Below, in pieces: positions 49,279 through 61,252 of a stretch of DNA of 64,000 nt (within the stretch, counting starts at the first letter, position 1; each line of letters starts with the position of its first letter). The notes beneath the pieces were generated by a model. The model worked only from the letters and a program-made list of their open reading frames with translations, was not told the origin of the DNA and did no database searches. The DNA is taken from positions 3,373,478 to 3,437,477 of the forward strand of contig MU008158.1 of NCBI GenBank assembly GCA_010909165.1, given 5' to 3'. The translations under genes were made by a program, and so were the position numbers. The stretch comes from Anthoceros angustus (lineage: Eukaryota; Plantae; Anthocerotophyta).

Positions 49279-51027
49279 ATGGCTGCTGCCGCGGCCCTGG
49301 GAGCGCAGAACGCCGGCTGCTGCAGGACCGCGCCCGCGCCTCCGCCGCAGCTGCACCTGCGGAGCGCGCATCTGCAATCCGCTGCCCCGACATCGGCCAA
49401 GCTCCGCGCCTGGCCGCAGCTGCAGTCGGGGCTGCTGGCAGCAGCTAGCCCGCTTCTGAGGAGGAGGCATGCAGGAGCTGGGGCTGGGGTTGGAACTGAA
49501 ACCCTAGGTCTCGATCAGAGCAGCGGGAGCAGGAGGAGGACGAGCGTGTCGGTGAGGGCCTCGTCGTCCTCTGCGGCCGTGCCGGCTCCAGCTCCCAAGG
49601 CGGCTGAGGCATGGCAGGGGGCGGCGCTCAAGCCGCTGGCTGCGTCCATCATCACCGGCGTGCTGCTGTGGATCATCCCGCCTCCGGCTGGGGTGGCCAA
49701 GAACGCGTGGCAGCTGCTGGCCATCTTCCTGGCCACCATCGTGGGGATCATCACGCAGCCGCTGCCGCTGGGGGCCGTGGCGCTCATGGGCCTGGGGGCC
49801 ACCGTGCTCACCAAGACGCTCACCTTCGGAGCCGCCTTCAGCGCCTTCGGAGATCCCATCCCCTGGCTCATCGCGCTCGCCTTCTTCTTCGCGCGGGGCT
49901 TCATCAAGACGGGGTTGGGGAACCGGGTGGCGTACCAGTTTGTGGCGCTCTTCGGGAAGACCAGCTTGGGTTTGGGGTACAGTCTGGTGTTCAGCGAGGC
50001 GCTGCTGGCGCCCGCCATCCCCTCCGTGTCCGCTAGGGCTGGCGGGATCTTCCTCCCGCTCGTCAAGTCGCTCTGCATCGCATGCGGGAGCAGGGCGGGA
50101 GACGGCACGGAGAAGAAGCTCGGGGCCTGGCTCATGCTCACCTGCTTCCAGACTTCTGTCATATCTTCCGCTATGTTCCTCACGGGTATGGCTGCCAACC
50201 CTCTCACTGTCAATTTGACGGAGACGGCGATCGGGCAGACTATCGGGTGGACCGACTGGGCCGTGGCTGCCATTGTGCCGGGGGTGGTTTCTCTGCTTCT
50301 GGTGCCTCTGCTGCTGTATATCCTCTACCCTCCCACTGTCAAGAGCAGCCCTGATGCACCCAGGCTGGCTCGGGAGAATCTGGCCAAGATGGGCCCCATG
50401 TCCAAGAACGAGATTATTATGGCAGGAACATTGTTGGGCACAGTTGGTCTGTGGGTCTTCGGAGGAGTGATCGGGGTGGATGCTGTCACTGCTGCTATCC
50501 TGGGGCTGTCTGTGTTGCTTTCAACAGGTGTTGTCACATGGAAGGAGTGTCTCGGGGAGTCTGTAGCCTGGGATACCCTCACCTGGTTCGCAGCTCTCAT
50601 TGCCATGGCTGGTTATCTCAACAAGTACGGCCTTATCGCCTGGTTTTCCCAGACTGTGGTCAAGGTTGTTGGTGGCTTGGGCTTGCAATGGCAGGCTTCC
50701 TTCGGCATCCTCGTCCTGCTCTACTTCTACTCCCACTATTTCTTTGCCAGCGGGGCGGCCCACATTGGAGCCATGTTCACCGCCTTTCTGTCTGTGGCCA
50801 CTGCCCTCGGGACGCCTCCTCTCTTTGCGGCCTTGGTTTTGGCTTTCCTGTCCAACATTATGGGTGGCCTCACACACTATGGTATTGGCTCTGCACCTGT
50901 CTTCTACGGAGCTAACTATGTTCCTCTGTCTACTTGGTGGGGTTACGGCTTCCTTATTAGCGTCGTCAACATCGTCATCTGGCTTGGAGTTGGGGGGGTC
51001 TGGTGGAAGGTGTTGGGATTGTGGTGA
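49279..51027 (+). CDS. DiT1: Plastid 2-oxoglutarate/malate translocator (DASS family), intronless
   Basis: Ala/Ser/Arg-rich transit peptide, then WQGAALKPL..AIPSVSARAGGIFLP..MAANPL..HYFFASGAAHIGAM..LTHYGIGSAPVFYG..WWKVLGLW. Confidence 0.96.
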   Translation: MAAAAALGAQNAGCCRTAPAPPPQLHLRSAHLQSAAPTSAKLRAWPQLQSGLLAAASPLLRRRHAGAGAGVGTETLGLDQSSGSRRRTSVSVRASSSSAAVPAPAPKAAEAWQGAALKPLAASIITGVLLWIIPPPAGVAKNAWQLLAIFLATIVGIITQPLPLGAVALMGLGATVLTKTLTFGAAFSAFGDPIPWLIALAFFFARGFIKTGLGNRVAYQFVALFGKTSLGLGYSLVFSEALLAPAIPSVSARAGGIFLPLVKSLCIACGSRAGDGTEKKLGAWLMLTCFQTSVISSAMFLTGMAANPLTVNLTETAIGQTIGWTDWAVAAIVPGVVSLLLVPLLLYILYPPTVKSSPDAPRLARENLAKMGPMSKNEIIMAGTLLGTVGLWVFGGVIGVDAVTAAILGLSVLLSTGVVTWKECLGESVAWDTLTWFAALIAMAGYLNKYGLIAWFSQTVVKVVGGLGLQWQASFGILVLLYFYSHYFFASGAAHIGAMFTAFLSVATALGTPPLFAALVLAFLSNIMGGLTHYGIGSAPVFYGANYVPLSTWWGYGFLISVVNIVIWLGVGGVWWKVLGLW

Positions 51028-51847
51028 GTTGAGGTGAGGTGAGGTGAGCAAACATTTTTCATCGGGTGGGAGACTGGACTCCACCAACAAACACTGGGGT
51101 TCATGGAAGGAGCAACAACAATCACAACAGGTGCTCAAAAGTCTCACCTGCCAGGAGTATGAGTGGGATTGGGTTTTGTATTCTTCGTCACATTGAACAG
51201 CATTCTTTGCTCGCTGCCGGATTCCAGAGTTTTTTTCTTTGTTGGGAGGAGGTGGTTGAAGCTATTAATTTAGAGTTGCATGCAACCGGTCTGTGTCCTT
51301 GAAACCCTCGAGAGTCATGGATCCTCCAGCATCTTCCTTTCGGCTTGTCCAGCGACCCACACTAGTGTTCTGTAATTTAAGCTGTCTTGAGCTACGAGTA
51401 CGGGTCTAAGGCAACCAAAGTGCTTCCTCCCTCTCTCGAGAATATCAGGGAGGGGTCTGGGTCTTGACTCTTTTGTAGGTAGTGGTTTTTCTATGCAGTC
51501 ACCAAGCCGCAGGAGGCTTGCAAGATTTTGAACCCGCTCCACGATTTTGAAATCTGGTTCCGTTTGGCGTAACCAGGCTTAAAATAATAAAGCTATTCAA
51601 CTTTGGTATAAATCGTTGCCGGCTCTCATAACACGCCGTGTAGCAGGGCGTCTTCAGCCATGCCAGTTCAATCTACGTTTACATCCAGCAAGGCTTCTTC
51701 AGCCATGCTCAGCTGTAGGGTATCAAATTGTCAGCTTGAGGTGAGCAGTTGGACATTCTGGAGGCGGAGGTGGAGGTTGAGGTGGAGATGATTCTGCAGG
51801 TGGAAGGGAAGGTGGGTCTAGAGAGGAATCGATGAGGCATTTTGTCT

Positions 51848-52648
51848 TCAGGATCTCCAGCTGTGTGAGAACATCACGCTGGGTCTATGCCTGCCAAAAA
51901 CCTGCAGCCACTGGACGGCCAAATTGGCCAGGCTCTGGATGGACTTCCTTCCACGCTGGGTGCCGAAAGTAGGCAACATGTGGACATCAATCAGCGTGTG
52001 CCAAGCCCCGCAGCTGATGTGGGGAAACGCATGGTCACCAGACTCACAGCCTGGCACTCTCTGCTGAAGTCCAAGGGGGCCTGGGCCGAAAGAAGCTCCA
52101 AAAGCACGACGCCAAAGCTGTAGACATCGCTCTTGGCTGGGAGCTGGAAGGACTGGTAGTACTCGGGATCGATGTAGCCAAGAGGGCCTTGAACAGCCTG
52201 CGTGGACACATGGGTGGCTTCCATGGGCACCAGTTTGGAGATGCCGAAATCCGCGGATATTGGCGGACTTCACATCCCGGTGGAAGATGGGCGGGTTGGC
52301 TGCGGAATGCAAGTACGCCAACGCCTCGGCCGTCTGAACGGCAATATCCAGGCGCTGCGTCCAGCTCAGTCTGGACGAGCCTTGCTCCCCCTGGAGATGC
52401 TCGTACAGCGTGCCGTTGGGCACGTACTCGAACACCAGCAGAGCAATCTTGCTCTCCAGGCAGCAGCCCAGGAGCCGCACCAGGTGACGATGGTTCACCT
52501 GTGACAGGTTCTTCACTTCGTTCAGAAACTGGTGCTCGTCGCCCACAGATCCCTTGATGGCCACTCTGGTGCCGTCGCTGAGCCTGCCGCTACACACCCT
52601 GCCGAATCCGTCCACTCCGATCTCCAAGCCGTCGGAGAATTTGGCCGT
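51848..52648 (-). pseudogene. WAK/WAKL-like receptor kinase domain fragment
   Basis: [46 protein letters not shown], then a deletion/frameshift, then [34 protein letters not shown]. No ectodomain is present. Confidence 0.85.
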
Positions 52649-52689
52649 TACACATTTATAAGAACGCCGTGATTAAGCATCCTGAGGTT

Positions 52690-54985
52690 AGATAGGTACT
52701 TAGATGGGGTGCCTAAAGGGAGTGGATGCCTTGGTGCAAGTAGCTTAGGCATACCATGGTACAAGTTGTTGAGTACCAAGTCCCATGACGGAGCAAACAA
52801 ATCCGCGAGGTTTGTTGCAACCCCTGCCTATTCTAAGTGGGCTTTGGAAAAGTATATCAATGGATTTCATTATGCCATTACCAGCCAGTAATGGACACAC
52901 AGCAATCAAGACAGTGGTTGATAGATTCAGCAAGCAAGCAAGCACACTTCATCCCTACGAAGAAGCGAGTGAAAGCTTCTGAAGTTGCTCAGTTGTTCAA
53001 GAAGCATGTATATGTGTTACATGGAGTACCTATGCAGATTGTGAGTGACAGAGATCCCAGATTTACTGCAGAGTTTTGGCAACAGCTTATGAAGAGCTTA
53101 GGAGTGCAATTATGTATGAGCACAGCGTACCACCCTGATACAGATGGATCAACAGAGAGGGTGAACAGAATCCAAGAAGAATACTTACGACACTATGTAC
53201 AGATGGACCAGCGAGACTGGAGTAATCATCTTGAGGATGCAGAATTTTGTTATAATAACACTGTACATAGCTCCACAAGCTACACACCTTTTCAGATGAC
53301 AGGTAACGAAGCAATGGACGTAGTTTCCATGTTGAATGCTAGCGTGTTTGAGACAGCAACAAGAGAACCACGTGAATTCATTGAGCGGTTAAGGGCCAGG
53401 CATGAAGTTGCTAAGAAGATATTGGCCAAGGCTCAGGACAAGCAAAAGAAGTTTGCTGACAGGCACAGGCAAGAGGCAGAGTTTCAAGTAGGAGACGAGG
53501 TGTGGGTGAAATTGAAGAATTTCCCACTACCACAAGGGCTGACCTCAAAGTTAAGGCCTAAGTATGGAGGACCTTTCATAGTTCTGAAGCGCATTGGAAA
53601 TGTGGCTTACAAACTACAACTGCCTGAATGGATCTTCTCTCATAATGTGTTTCATGTCTCTTTGCTGAAACCATTTGTGATTTCGAAAGAGAATGAAGAT
53701 ATGAACACGAAGGATTATGTCATCCTGGTTCAACACAATCATGGTCTCGGAGATTGTTGAATTCTTGGCGAGAGAAGTGCCGTCGTGGTAATGTACCGGT
53801 ATCTCGTAAGGCTTCGTGGTTATGCAGATCCTGTCTGGGTTTCACTTGAAGATGTGCAACAAGGATCATGGATGATCTCGCATTACACTGGAGGTCATTG
53901 AGGACAATGACATCTTCCCAGTGGGGAAGAGAGTAACGCCACTAGTGAAATAAGGTAGAAAGGTGAAAAGTTGAAAGAATTAAAAAGCTAAGTTAGTAGC
54001 TACCCTGTTAAGAAGATGCATGTGTTGCATGCTTCATGCAATGTCATGTTAGAGAGGAATTGCTACAGCCACAAAATGAAGAGCTGCCTAGAGAGGACTC
54101 TTAGTGATCAGTGGTAAGAATCCTAGATTTAATGCCTAGTTGAGGTCGCTGGGATATATAAGGGCTAGAGCAAGGGCTTTGAGGAACAAGTGGGACTCAC
54201 TCTTTGAGAGGGCAGTGCAAAGGCTGCAAGCCTTGTGTTGAGAGAGAGTGGAGAGCTAGCTAGTGAGCTTGTCATGGAATCAAGAGGTGAGCTGGCCATG
54301 AGATAGCCAAATTCCATTGTTGTATTCTTGCAATAAAGAGCAGCACCTCGAGGAGGTGGCCTGCGAGTCATCAGTGGACGGCGGGCTACTTGGAGCCTAG
54401 TGCTGTGTCGTAAGGTTGGGAGCGCTGAGAATCGTGCAAGTCTCTTGTGGAGTGAATTAGCGAGGTCCTAGACCGCTGGGAAGCCAACACTTGTTGCTTC
54501 CTTACTAGCTGCGCAGTGAGGGGTGTTACTTAAGTGGTATCGGAGCATAGTCCATTCCTCCGAGTGACTAGAGAGTGCACAAGATGGTCAATGAGAAGCG
54601 TAAGGAGAGGCTGAAGAAGCACCAGTCTCCCGCCGATCATCCGCCTCAACCGCCTGAAGATTCATCATCGTCAGAACAAGAGGAAGTGAGAGCGCCGCCT
54701 GAGAGCATAGCAGGCCCATCTGGAGAGAAGTTAAAGGACTGGAAGAAACAGATGGTAAAAGTACTTTATCAAGTTCTTCCAAGTGTCTTGAACGACGTGA
54801 TGACTTCAAGGAAGAAGACAAAGGAAGAATCTAGAGCCCACAACTCAACAAGGTGAAGATGCGGAAGGATAACAAGAAGAAATCTTTCCGGCGAATTCAG
54901 CAAGCATCTTCAAAGTGGCTCCAAAATCGAGCATGAAGTTAGCTCTACCAGATCGTTATGAGGGAGAAAGAGATTTGCAAGTCTT
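52690..54985 (+). mobile_element. Decayed Ty3/Gypsy (chromovirus-like) element: integrase, chromodomain, PPT, LTR, PBS and gag start
   Basis: [69 protein letters not shown] and YLVRLRGY; PPT GGGGAAGAG ~53923; LTR 53932-54530; PBS TGGTATCGGAGC 54536-54547. Confidence 0.92.
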
Positions 54986-54987
54986 TG

Positions 54988-55618
54988 GCTCTGATATCAC
55001 TAAAGTAACACCCCTCACTGCGCAGCCAGTAAGGAAGTGACAAGTGCTGGCTTCCTAGCTGTCTGGGACCTCGCTAATTCACTCCACAAGAGACTTGCAC
55101 GATTCTCAGCGCTCTCAACCTTGCGACACAGCACTAGGCTCCAAGTAGCCCACCGTCCACTGATGACTCGCAGGCCACCTCCTCGAGGTGCTGCTCTTTA
55201 TTACAAGAATACAACAATGGGATGTGGCTATCTACGCCCAACTGGCTACTGCCCTTGATTCCATGACAAGCTCACTAGCTAACTCTCCACAGCTCTCTCA
55301 ACACACGGCTTGCAGCGCACACTTGCCCTCTCAAAGAGTGAGTCCAACTTGTTCTTCAAAGCCCTTGCTCTAGCCCTTCTATATCCCGCAGCTTAACCTC
55401 AACTAGGCAGCTGTTAAATCTAGGGATTCTTCCAGACCACTGATCACTAAAAGTCCTCTCCAGGCAGCTCTTCATTTATGGCTGTAGCAATTCCTCTTTA
55501 ACAGGATATTGCATGAAGCGTGCAATACATACATCTTCATAACAGCGCAGCTACTAACTTAGCTTTTTATTTCTTTCAACTTTTCACCTTTCTACCTAAT
55601 TTCACCAGTACCGTTACT
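54988..55618 (-). mobile_element. Inverted copy of the same Gypsy LTR plus PBS
   Basis: 55004-55618 is the reverse complement of 53932-54530 with substitutions; GCTCTGATATCA at 54989-54999 is the reverse-complemented tRNA-Met PBS. Confidence 0.92.
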
Positions 55619-55710
55619 CATACAGTAGATTACATTTCCGTTGGACTAGATTATCTGCCTGACGCGCCCTATACATAGCTAGTCCTCTATCTAGCTTACA
55701 ACTTACAAAG

Positions 55711-58523
55711 TCACATCAAATTGAGTGTACGAGTTAGAAACTCGAAGGCGACCACCAGGCCAGCCACTCCAATAAAGGCAGTCAAAGTGACCCTTCCACC
55801 AGGAACCAAGGGTGGGGCGACAGCAGGAGAACTGCTTTCAGAACCTGGATACCGTTGCGACCATGCCATGGCTGCCGGTATTATTCCGAACAATGTCATC
55901 ACTGCAAAACAAGGATTCGCCTAATCAGAGGAGAAACACTTGCACAGGTAGTGCGAATCACCAGGCAGACTGGGCCTACCTCCATAGGTGCCTGCGACAT
56001 CCAGAGCTGTGAAAAAAATGTCACGAGATGTAAAGGCCAACACCAATGGTGGTAACACAGTTAACAAGTACGAGAAAGGTTCCTTCCCCCTTCCGACAGG
56101 AAGCTTCAGCACTGCAGACCCCCAGTATCAAGCAAACGTCAGTCAAACAGCCATCTTGACTCTAATCGAGGGATGCAATTGAAACTGCGGCTTCAACATC
56201 GCTACTCACAGTCACAAAGGAAGTCTGATAGCCCTAGAGTAAAGCCGATGTACGAGGTGGCCACGGCCAGAAGTGAAAAAACCTCCACGACTGGCTGGGA
56301 ACAGCATGAGATACCAGTACTCAATGGACAGTTGTACATGACCAAATGTTGGTTGATGGAAAGCTGAAAGCACGTGAAAAACACTTACCGCAACAATCCC
56401 ACTCATTTCATGAAGCCTGGCTAATGGATCTGTATGGCTTAGATCTCCTGTTACACTGCCTAGAATGACTGCGTCCCAGATAAGGAACATGACCAGTGGA
56501 ATAGCGGTGCCTAGGACTATCGCACTCCTGCAGAGCAATCAGAGAGTCAGAAGCTTTAATCACGGGCCACCTCACAGACCTAGCAGCTGACACCAATCTC
56601 AAGAGGGAGAAACCACGACTTTACCCACCTAATTCTAGGAAGATTCCCTTCCAAGTTAGTGCAGACTACAGGTACAACGTTCTGCAAGACAAAACCTTAC
56701 GTGTTAGCGCTGAACCCAAATATCCACCATACATTGAATTCCTTAGTCTTACTTGATATACAAAGGATAATGCAATGATCGGCACACTGTGAGGAACAGC
56801 CTCAAAGTTGGCTCGAAGCAAAAGAGTGAAGTCAATGCCTCCACTGGCAACAGCCTGTTCAACCAGATTTGCCAATGTCAGCTTGTTTGACAAGAAGGTG
56901 CTCCTAACGTCTTTGCACACTGCCACCTAGGGTGAGGGCAAAAAGAATTCCAGAAAGACAGTCTCGAAGACACATAGCACTCACCACTAGTATACCAAAA
57001 CTGGCAAGAATACCGACAACTAGAGCTCCATTGATCACCCCAATCACACGTTGGCTGGTGGAACCCAAGTCAGAGATGACTGAAGATTGCTCGGACACAA
57101 AATTAAACGTATCTCACGTGCTCACCTTCCGAAATAACAGAGGCAGCCCAGAGCTCCAGAAAAAATGACTCCGCTGAGCCATCTGCGAACATTCATATAC
57201 ACGGCAGTCAGCCGACATACGCACAAGGGTATGGTTTCAGGCAAATGGTAAGAATCGCAAGCCTGCAAATGTGATGAAACACACAATGGAGAGCCCATGG
57301 TAGTAGAGATGATGTCAGCTGAGCGCGCCACATAAGCCACCAACAAGGCATAATGGATGAGGAGATATGCAGCACTGCCAAATAGTCAAGGCCCAGTAAA
57401 TACTCCGTTCAAAGCTTCTTGCTCGAACCTGCCATAAACAACCTGCTCATGACAAACAATCTAGAGCGAAAGCGCAAAGCTCCATGCGGATGCCTATAAT
57501 GCCATATCCTAGACACTTGAAGTTTCCAGAAGGATCGATCCCTCGAGGCAAGATCTGGTTTCTACCTGACAAACCTAACTCCATTAACTCCCAAAGTACG
57601 ACTTGCCATGGTTACCTGCAAATAGAGGAAGAAGTGAGGAGCGGCAGAAGAGTAGCGTCTCGTTAGAGTACTTTAAGCTTCCCAGCACTTATAGTTAAGA
57701 AGGCTTGCATACGCAAACCATACGCTGAGAGAATCATCCAGATGTAAGAGCACACACCATGGAGACCCCTTCAGATCCTAACTCAAGAAGAGTGTTGACA
57801 TTGACCTCCGCAATGAGTAGTCCCGACCCGACCTGCAGCAAGCCAAGTGACGGAGGTGAGGCAGATGTAAGCAATTGTGTGGTACTGAGGAAGGCAATAA
57901 AATCATAAGGAAATTTTACCATGTACATCCAACAGAGTGCACAAGTGACAGAAGAGGCCAAAAATCCTGCTTCTTCAGTCACAGCCGGAATGGCAAGTAT
58001 GCCTGCCCCAACCTGCAGGAGCTCCAACTCAGCGGTGGTGCAGTGCTGGCATGACAGAAACCTAAATCCTAGGAACCGACACAACTAGAGAGGGATGTGC
58101 AGAGCAGATACCGTGGTGCCGGCCACCAGTAGAACGGAAGACGTAAGGCTCCCTGCAGCAAAGACGATGAATTCGTTAAGCTGCAGCCAGAATGCAAGTA
58201 ATTCGATGACAGTTAATGGCGAGGACAGCCGTACCAGGTTGGTGCTCCATGGTGGCCTGGTTCACGGCGGAGAAGAGTCTCTGCTCCACCTCCTTCTGCT
58301 TCTCCTTCACTTGGACGACGGGAACCGACGCTTCCGTGGAATCAGGATCGGCAGAGTTGCGGATGACGCGCTTGCTGGTTGCGTGCAACGAGATGGAGCT
58401 AGGGTAGCGGAGGCAGGGATCCCGAGCATATACTGTACATGGGAGGGAGAACCGCAACGGTACCGAGGAACCCATCCGAGGCTTGGGCCAGCAGGTGCAG
58501 CAGGCCAGCGAGGAGGGCGCCAT
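55711..58523 (-). CDS. TyrP-like aromatic amino acid permease (probably plastid-targeted), multi-exon
   Basis: LLVAGTTVGAGILAIP, GLLIAEVNVNT, YLLIHYALLVAYVARS, VPIIALSFVYQNVVP, AIVLGTAIPL, LAVATSYIGF and ALDVAGTYG; transit-like N-terminus. Confidence 0.9.
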
Positions 58524-58823
58524 TCCGATCATTCAGCGGCCTTCAGCACTGAATTGGCGCAGTCTCGTGCAGTCCGGCCCAGTCCGGCCCAGTCCGCAAG
58601 CCGTGAAACACAGTCAGTTACACCTGTACCTGGCAAAGATGTTTGCGGGGGGCCCACGGCTTGGGCAAGGGCGGACGCCGGTCGGCCTTGCTGGGTTACC
58701 TGGCTCCAGCGAGCCACGATTCTGTAGGCCTGGCCGCTTTGCGCGCGCTCCCCCGCCAGCCTGCCTCCCCGCGCATCTCCTCTTTTCTGCGCCCTGCTGC
58801 CGTCTCCTCGGCCAAACTGCGCA

Positions 58824-60248
58824 ATGCGGGTGGTGCAAGATGCGGGGGCCTGTCCCCTGGAGCAGGGAGCTGGGCTTGAGCTGGAGAAGGAGCAGCAGAA
58901 GCAGAAACAGCTGAGGAGCATCACCAGCGCGGAGCTCGCCACGCATTCCACCCCCCAGGATTTGTGGGTTTCGATACAGGGTAAGGTGTACGACGTGACG
59001 GACTGGGTGGCGAAGCATCCCGGCGGCGACTTCCCTCTCCTCACGTTGGCAGGCCAGGATGTGACCGACGCATTCCTGGCTTTCCATCCCGGGACGGCTT
59101 GGAGTTACTTGCCTCAGTTTCTGGTGGGTACGCTGGTGGATTACCAGGTGTCGCCGATCGCAGCCGAGCATCGGATGCTGTTGGGAAAGCTGAAGAGCTC
59201 CCCTCTTTTCAAAAATCCGTTGCATGTCTACCGTCGGTATGCGGCAGTCATGCTCTGCATGTTTGTGTTGGGGGTGCTGGGGGTGGTGTATTCCAGCAGT
59301 GTGTGGGTGCACCTGGGCAGCGCAGTTTTGCTCGGCCTGGTGTGGCATCAGAGCGGGTTTATGGGGCATGATGCTGGGCATTGTGGGATGGTGGGGCATC
59401 CTGTGGTGGACAAGGCTGTGGGGCTCCTTGTGGGGAACATCTTGACAGGGATCAGTATGGCATGGTGGACGCGCAACCACAATGCGCACCACTTTGCGTG
59501 CAACAGCATCGAGTATGATCCGGATTTGCAGTACATGCCTATCTTCACCCTGACTCCCAAGCTCTTCAACTCCCTCTTCTCCTACTTCTACGACAGAAGG
59601 ATGACATTTGACGCTGCCACTCGCTTGCTTGTGCGGTACCAGCATTGGGCATTTTACCCTGTCATGGCGGTGGCACGTGTCAACCTGCACGCACAGACCT
59701 TCTTGCTCCTCCTGTCCAAGAGAAGGATCCCCAACAGGGTGCTGGAGCTTGCTTGCGTGGGGATCTTCTGGCTCTGGTTTCTCTCCCTCCTCTCCTGCCT
59801 GCCCACCATGGCTGAGCGCATTGCTTTCGTTCTGGTCAGCTATGCAACCACAGGCATCCAGCACGTGCAGTTCTGTGTCAACCACTTTTCGTGCCCAATC
59901 TACCAGGCTCGTCCTGATAGCGCCGCTTGGTTTGAAGCTCAAGTCAAAGGTACCCTGAACCTCATTACTCCTCCGTGGATGGACTGGTTCCATGGTGGTT
60001 TGCAGTTCCAGATTGAGCATCACCTGTTCCCGAGGATGCCTCGTCACAATCTTCGCCAGATCCAGGGGGTTATTAAGCCCCTTTGCGACAAGTATGGGTT
60101 GCCTTACAAGTCAGTGACGTGGTGGGAGGCTAACAAGATGATTATTAGGACTTTGAAGGCTGCAGCTATCGAGGCTTCGGATCTTCAGAAGCCATCTCCA
60201 GCCCTGTCCAAAACCCCTTTGTGGGAAGCACTCAACGCACATGGTTAG
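58824..60248 (+). CDS. SLD: Cytochrome b5-fused front-end desaturase, sphingolipid delta-8 type, intronless
   Basis: HPGG heme motif; His boxes HDAGH, HNAHH and QIEHH; WMDWFHGGLQFQ; C-terminus LWEALNAHG. Confidence 0.93.
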   Translation: MRVVQDAGACPLEQGAGLELEKEQQKQKQLRSITSAELATHSTPQDLWVSIQGKVYDVTDWVAKHPGGDFPLLTLAGQDVTDAFLAFHPGTAWSYLPQFLVGTLVDYQVSPIAAEHRMLLGKLKSSPLFKNPLHVYRRYAAVMLCMFVLGVLGVVYSSSVWVHLGSAVLLGLVWHQSGFMGHDAGHCGMVGHPVVDKAVGLLVGNILTGISMAWWTRNHNAHHFACNSIEYDPDLQYMPIFTLTPKLFNSLFSYFYDRRMTFDAATRLLVRYQHWAFYPVMAVARVNLHAQTFLLLLSKRRIPNRVLELACVGIFWLWFLSLLSCLPTMAERIAFVLVSYATTGIQHVQFCVNHFSCPIYQARPDSAAWFEAQVKGTLNLITPPWMDWFHGGLQFQIEHHLFPRMPRHNLRQIQGVIKPLCDKYGLPYKSVTWWEANKMIIRTLKAAAIEASDLQKPSPALSKTPLWEALNAHG

Positions 60249-60504
60249 CTGCCAGTCAGGTCCTATCACATTTGCTGCGGGCCCCTGTATGGTGTGGAAG
60301 TGAAGGATGGGATACTGAACCAACCTGCAACATCCGCATCAAATTCTTTCCCTCTCCAGCTGTCTTACAGAGGATCCATTCGTAGGAAGTCCATCGTTTT
60401 TAGGACAAACTACTGTACCAGGTCTAAGGATAGTAGATAGGGTGGAAGAGAAGGACCCGAAAATGTTTGGACCGTGTACTCTAGATTAATTCAACTGGCT
60501 TCTC

Positions 60505-60910
60505 TTTGCACGGTCACAAGTCATGCAAGAGCACGAAGACAGTACCACATCAAGGTCATACACCAATGCTGGCCGCAATGAAGGGAACCGCTGACTCATG
60601 GCCGTAAGCATTGCAGAAACTGCATCATCAGACTTCAGAACCTAACGAGGCAAAAGGAGTTCTAAAGTGTTAACGATAATTTATTGACATCGCAAAAAGA
60701 ATACTACAAGGGGTCAGGTACCTTGATAACCTCTTTTCAAACCTCAAGTTTCGAAACGAAAATCCCTCGAGAAAGCGTGCTTGCCAACTTCAGCCGCTCA
60801 ACCCATGAAAGTGTTCTCCATGCCCTTTGAAGCTGAGCTTGAGCATCCAACTGGCTATGCAACAATGAATGTCAGTGAAATCTAGCGGTGGAAAAGTTAA
60901 CTTCAAATTC
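60505..60910 (-). pseudogene. Partial duplicate of two internal exons of the TraB-family gene
   Basis: Homologous to ~61565-61982 including introns; has a TCA>TGA stop in the LEVSEE exon. Confidence 0.88.
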
Positions 60911-61074
60911 TAACTAAACAACACATGGGCATGTACCTACAAATACCTCATACCATAGAAACACGGCGCTGATTGGATGATGGCTAAAGGTACGTGACAG
61001 AACTTTGTCATTTGCTCACTCCCATGGTACGCGCACCTAAAAAATTTGGTGGACATCTTTTTTCTTCTACCGGA

Positions 61075-61162
61075 ATGAGTAAAAATCATCCACCACATGA
61101 GTAAAAATCATCCACCACATGAGTAAAAATCATCCACCACGAGTAAAAATCATCCACACGAG
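61075..61162 (+). repeat. 22-bp tandem repeat (GAGTAAAAATCATCCACCACAT, about 4 copies)
   Basis: Visible directly; no unique spacers. Confidence 0.92.
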
Positions 61163-61252
61163 TCAGTTCGACAATCGCTTCCACCTCAGGGAGCAAATTA
61201 CATTACGCTAGATACTACACGTGCCGCTTCTTCGGAGGCCCAAAACGACCAA

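Noticed and set aside
58614-60047. 477-aa antisense ORF
   Set aside because: Shadow of the SLD coding strand with no domain motifs.
26778-60248. Biosynthetic or sulfur/detox gene cluster (MTI-MTK, GSTs, MAG, desaturase, transporters)
   Set aside because: These are conserved housekeeping families with no scaffold-forming enzyme; proximity is explained by a compact genome.
61075-61162. CRISPR-like array
   Set aside because: Head-to-tail 22-bp repeats without unique spacers, in eukaryotic context and with no cas genes.
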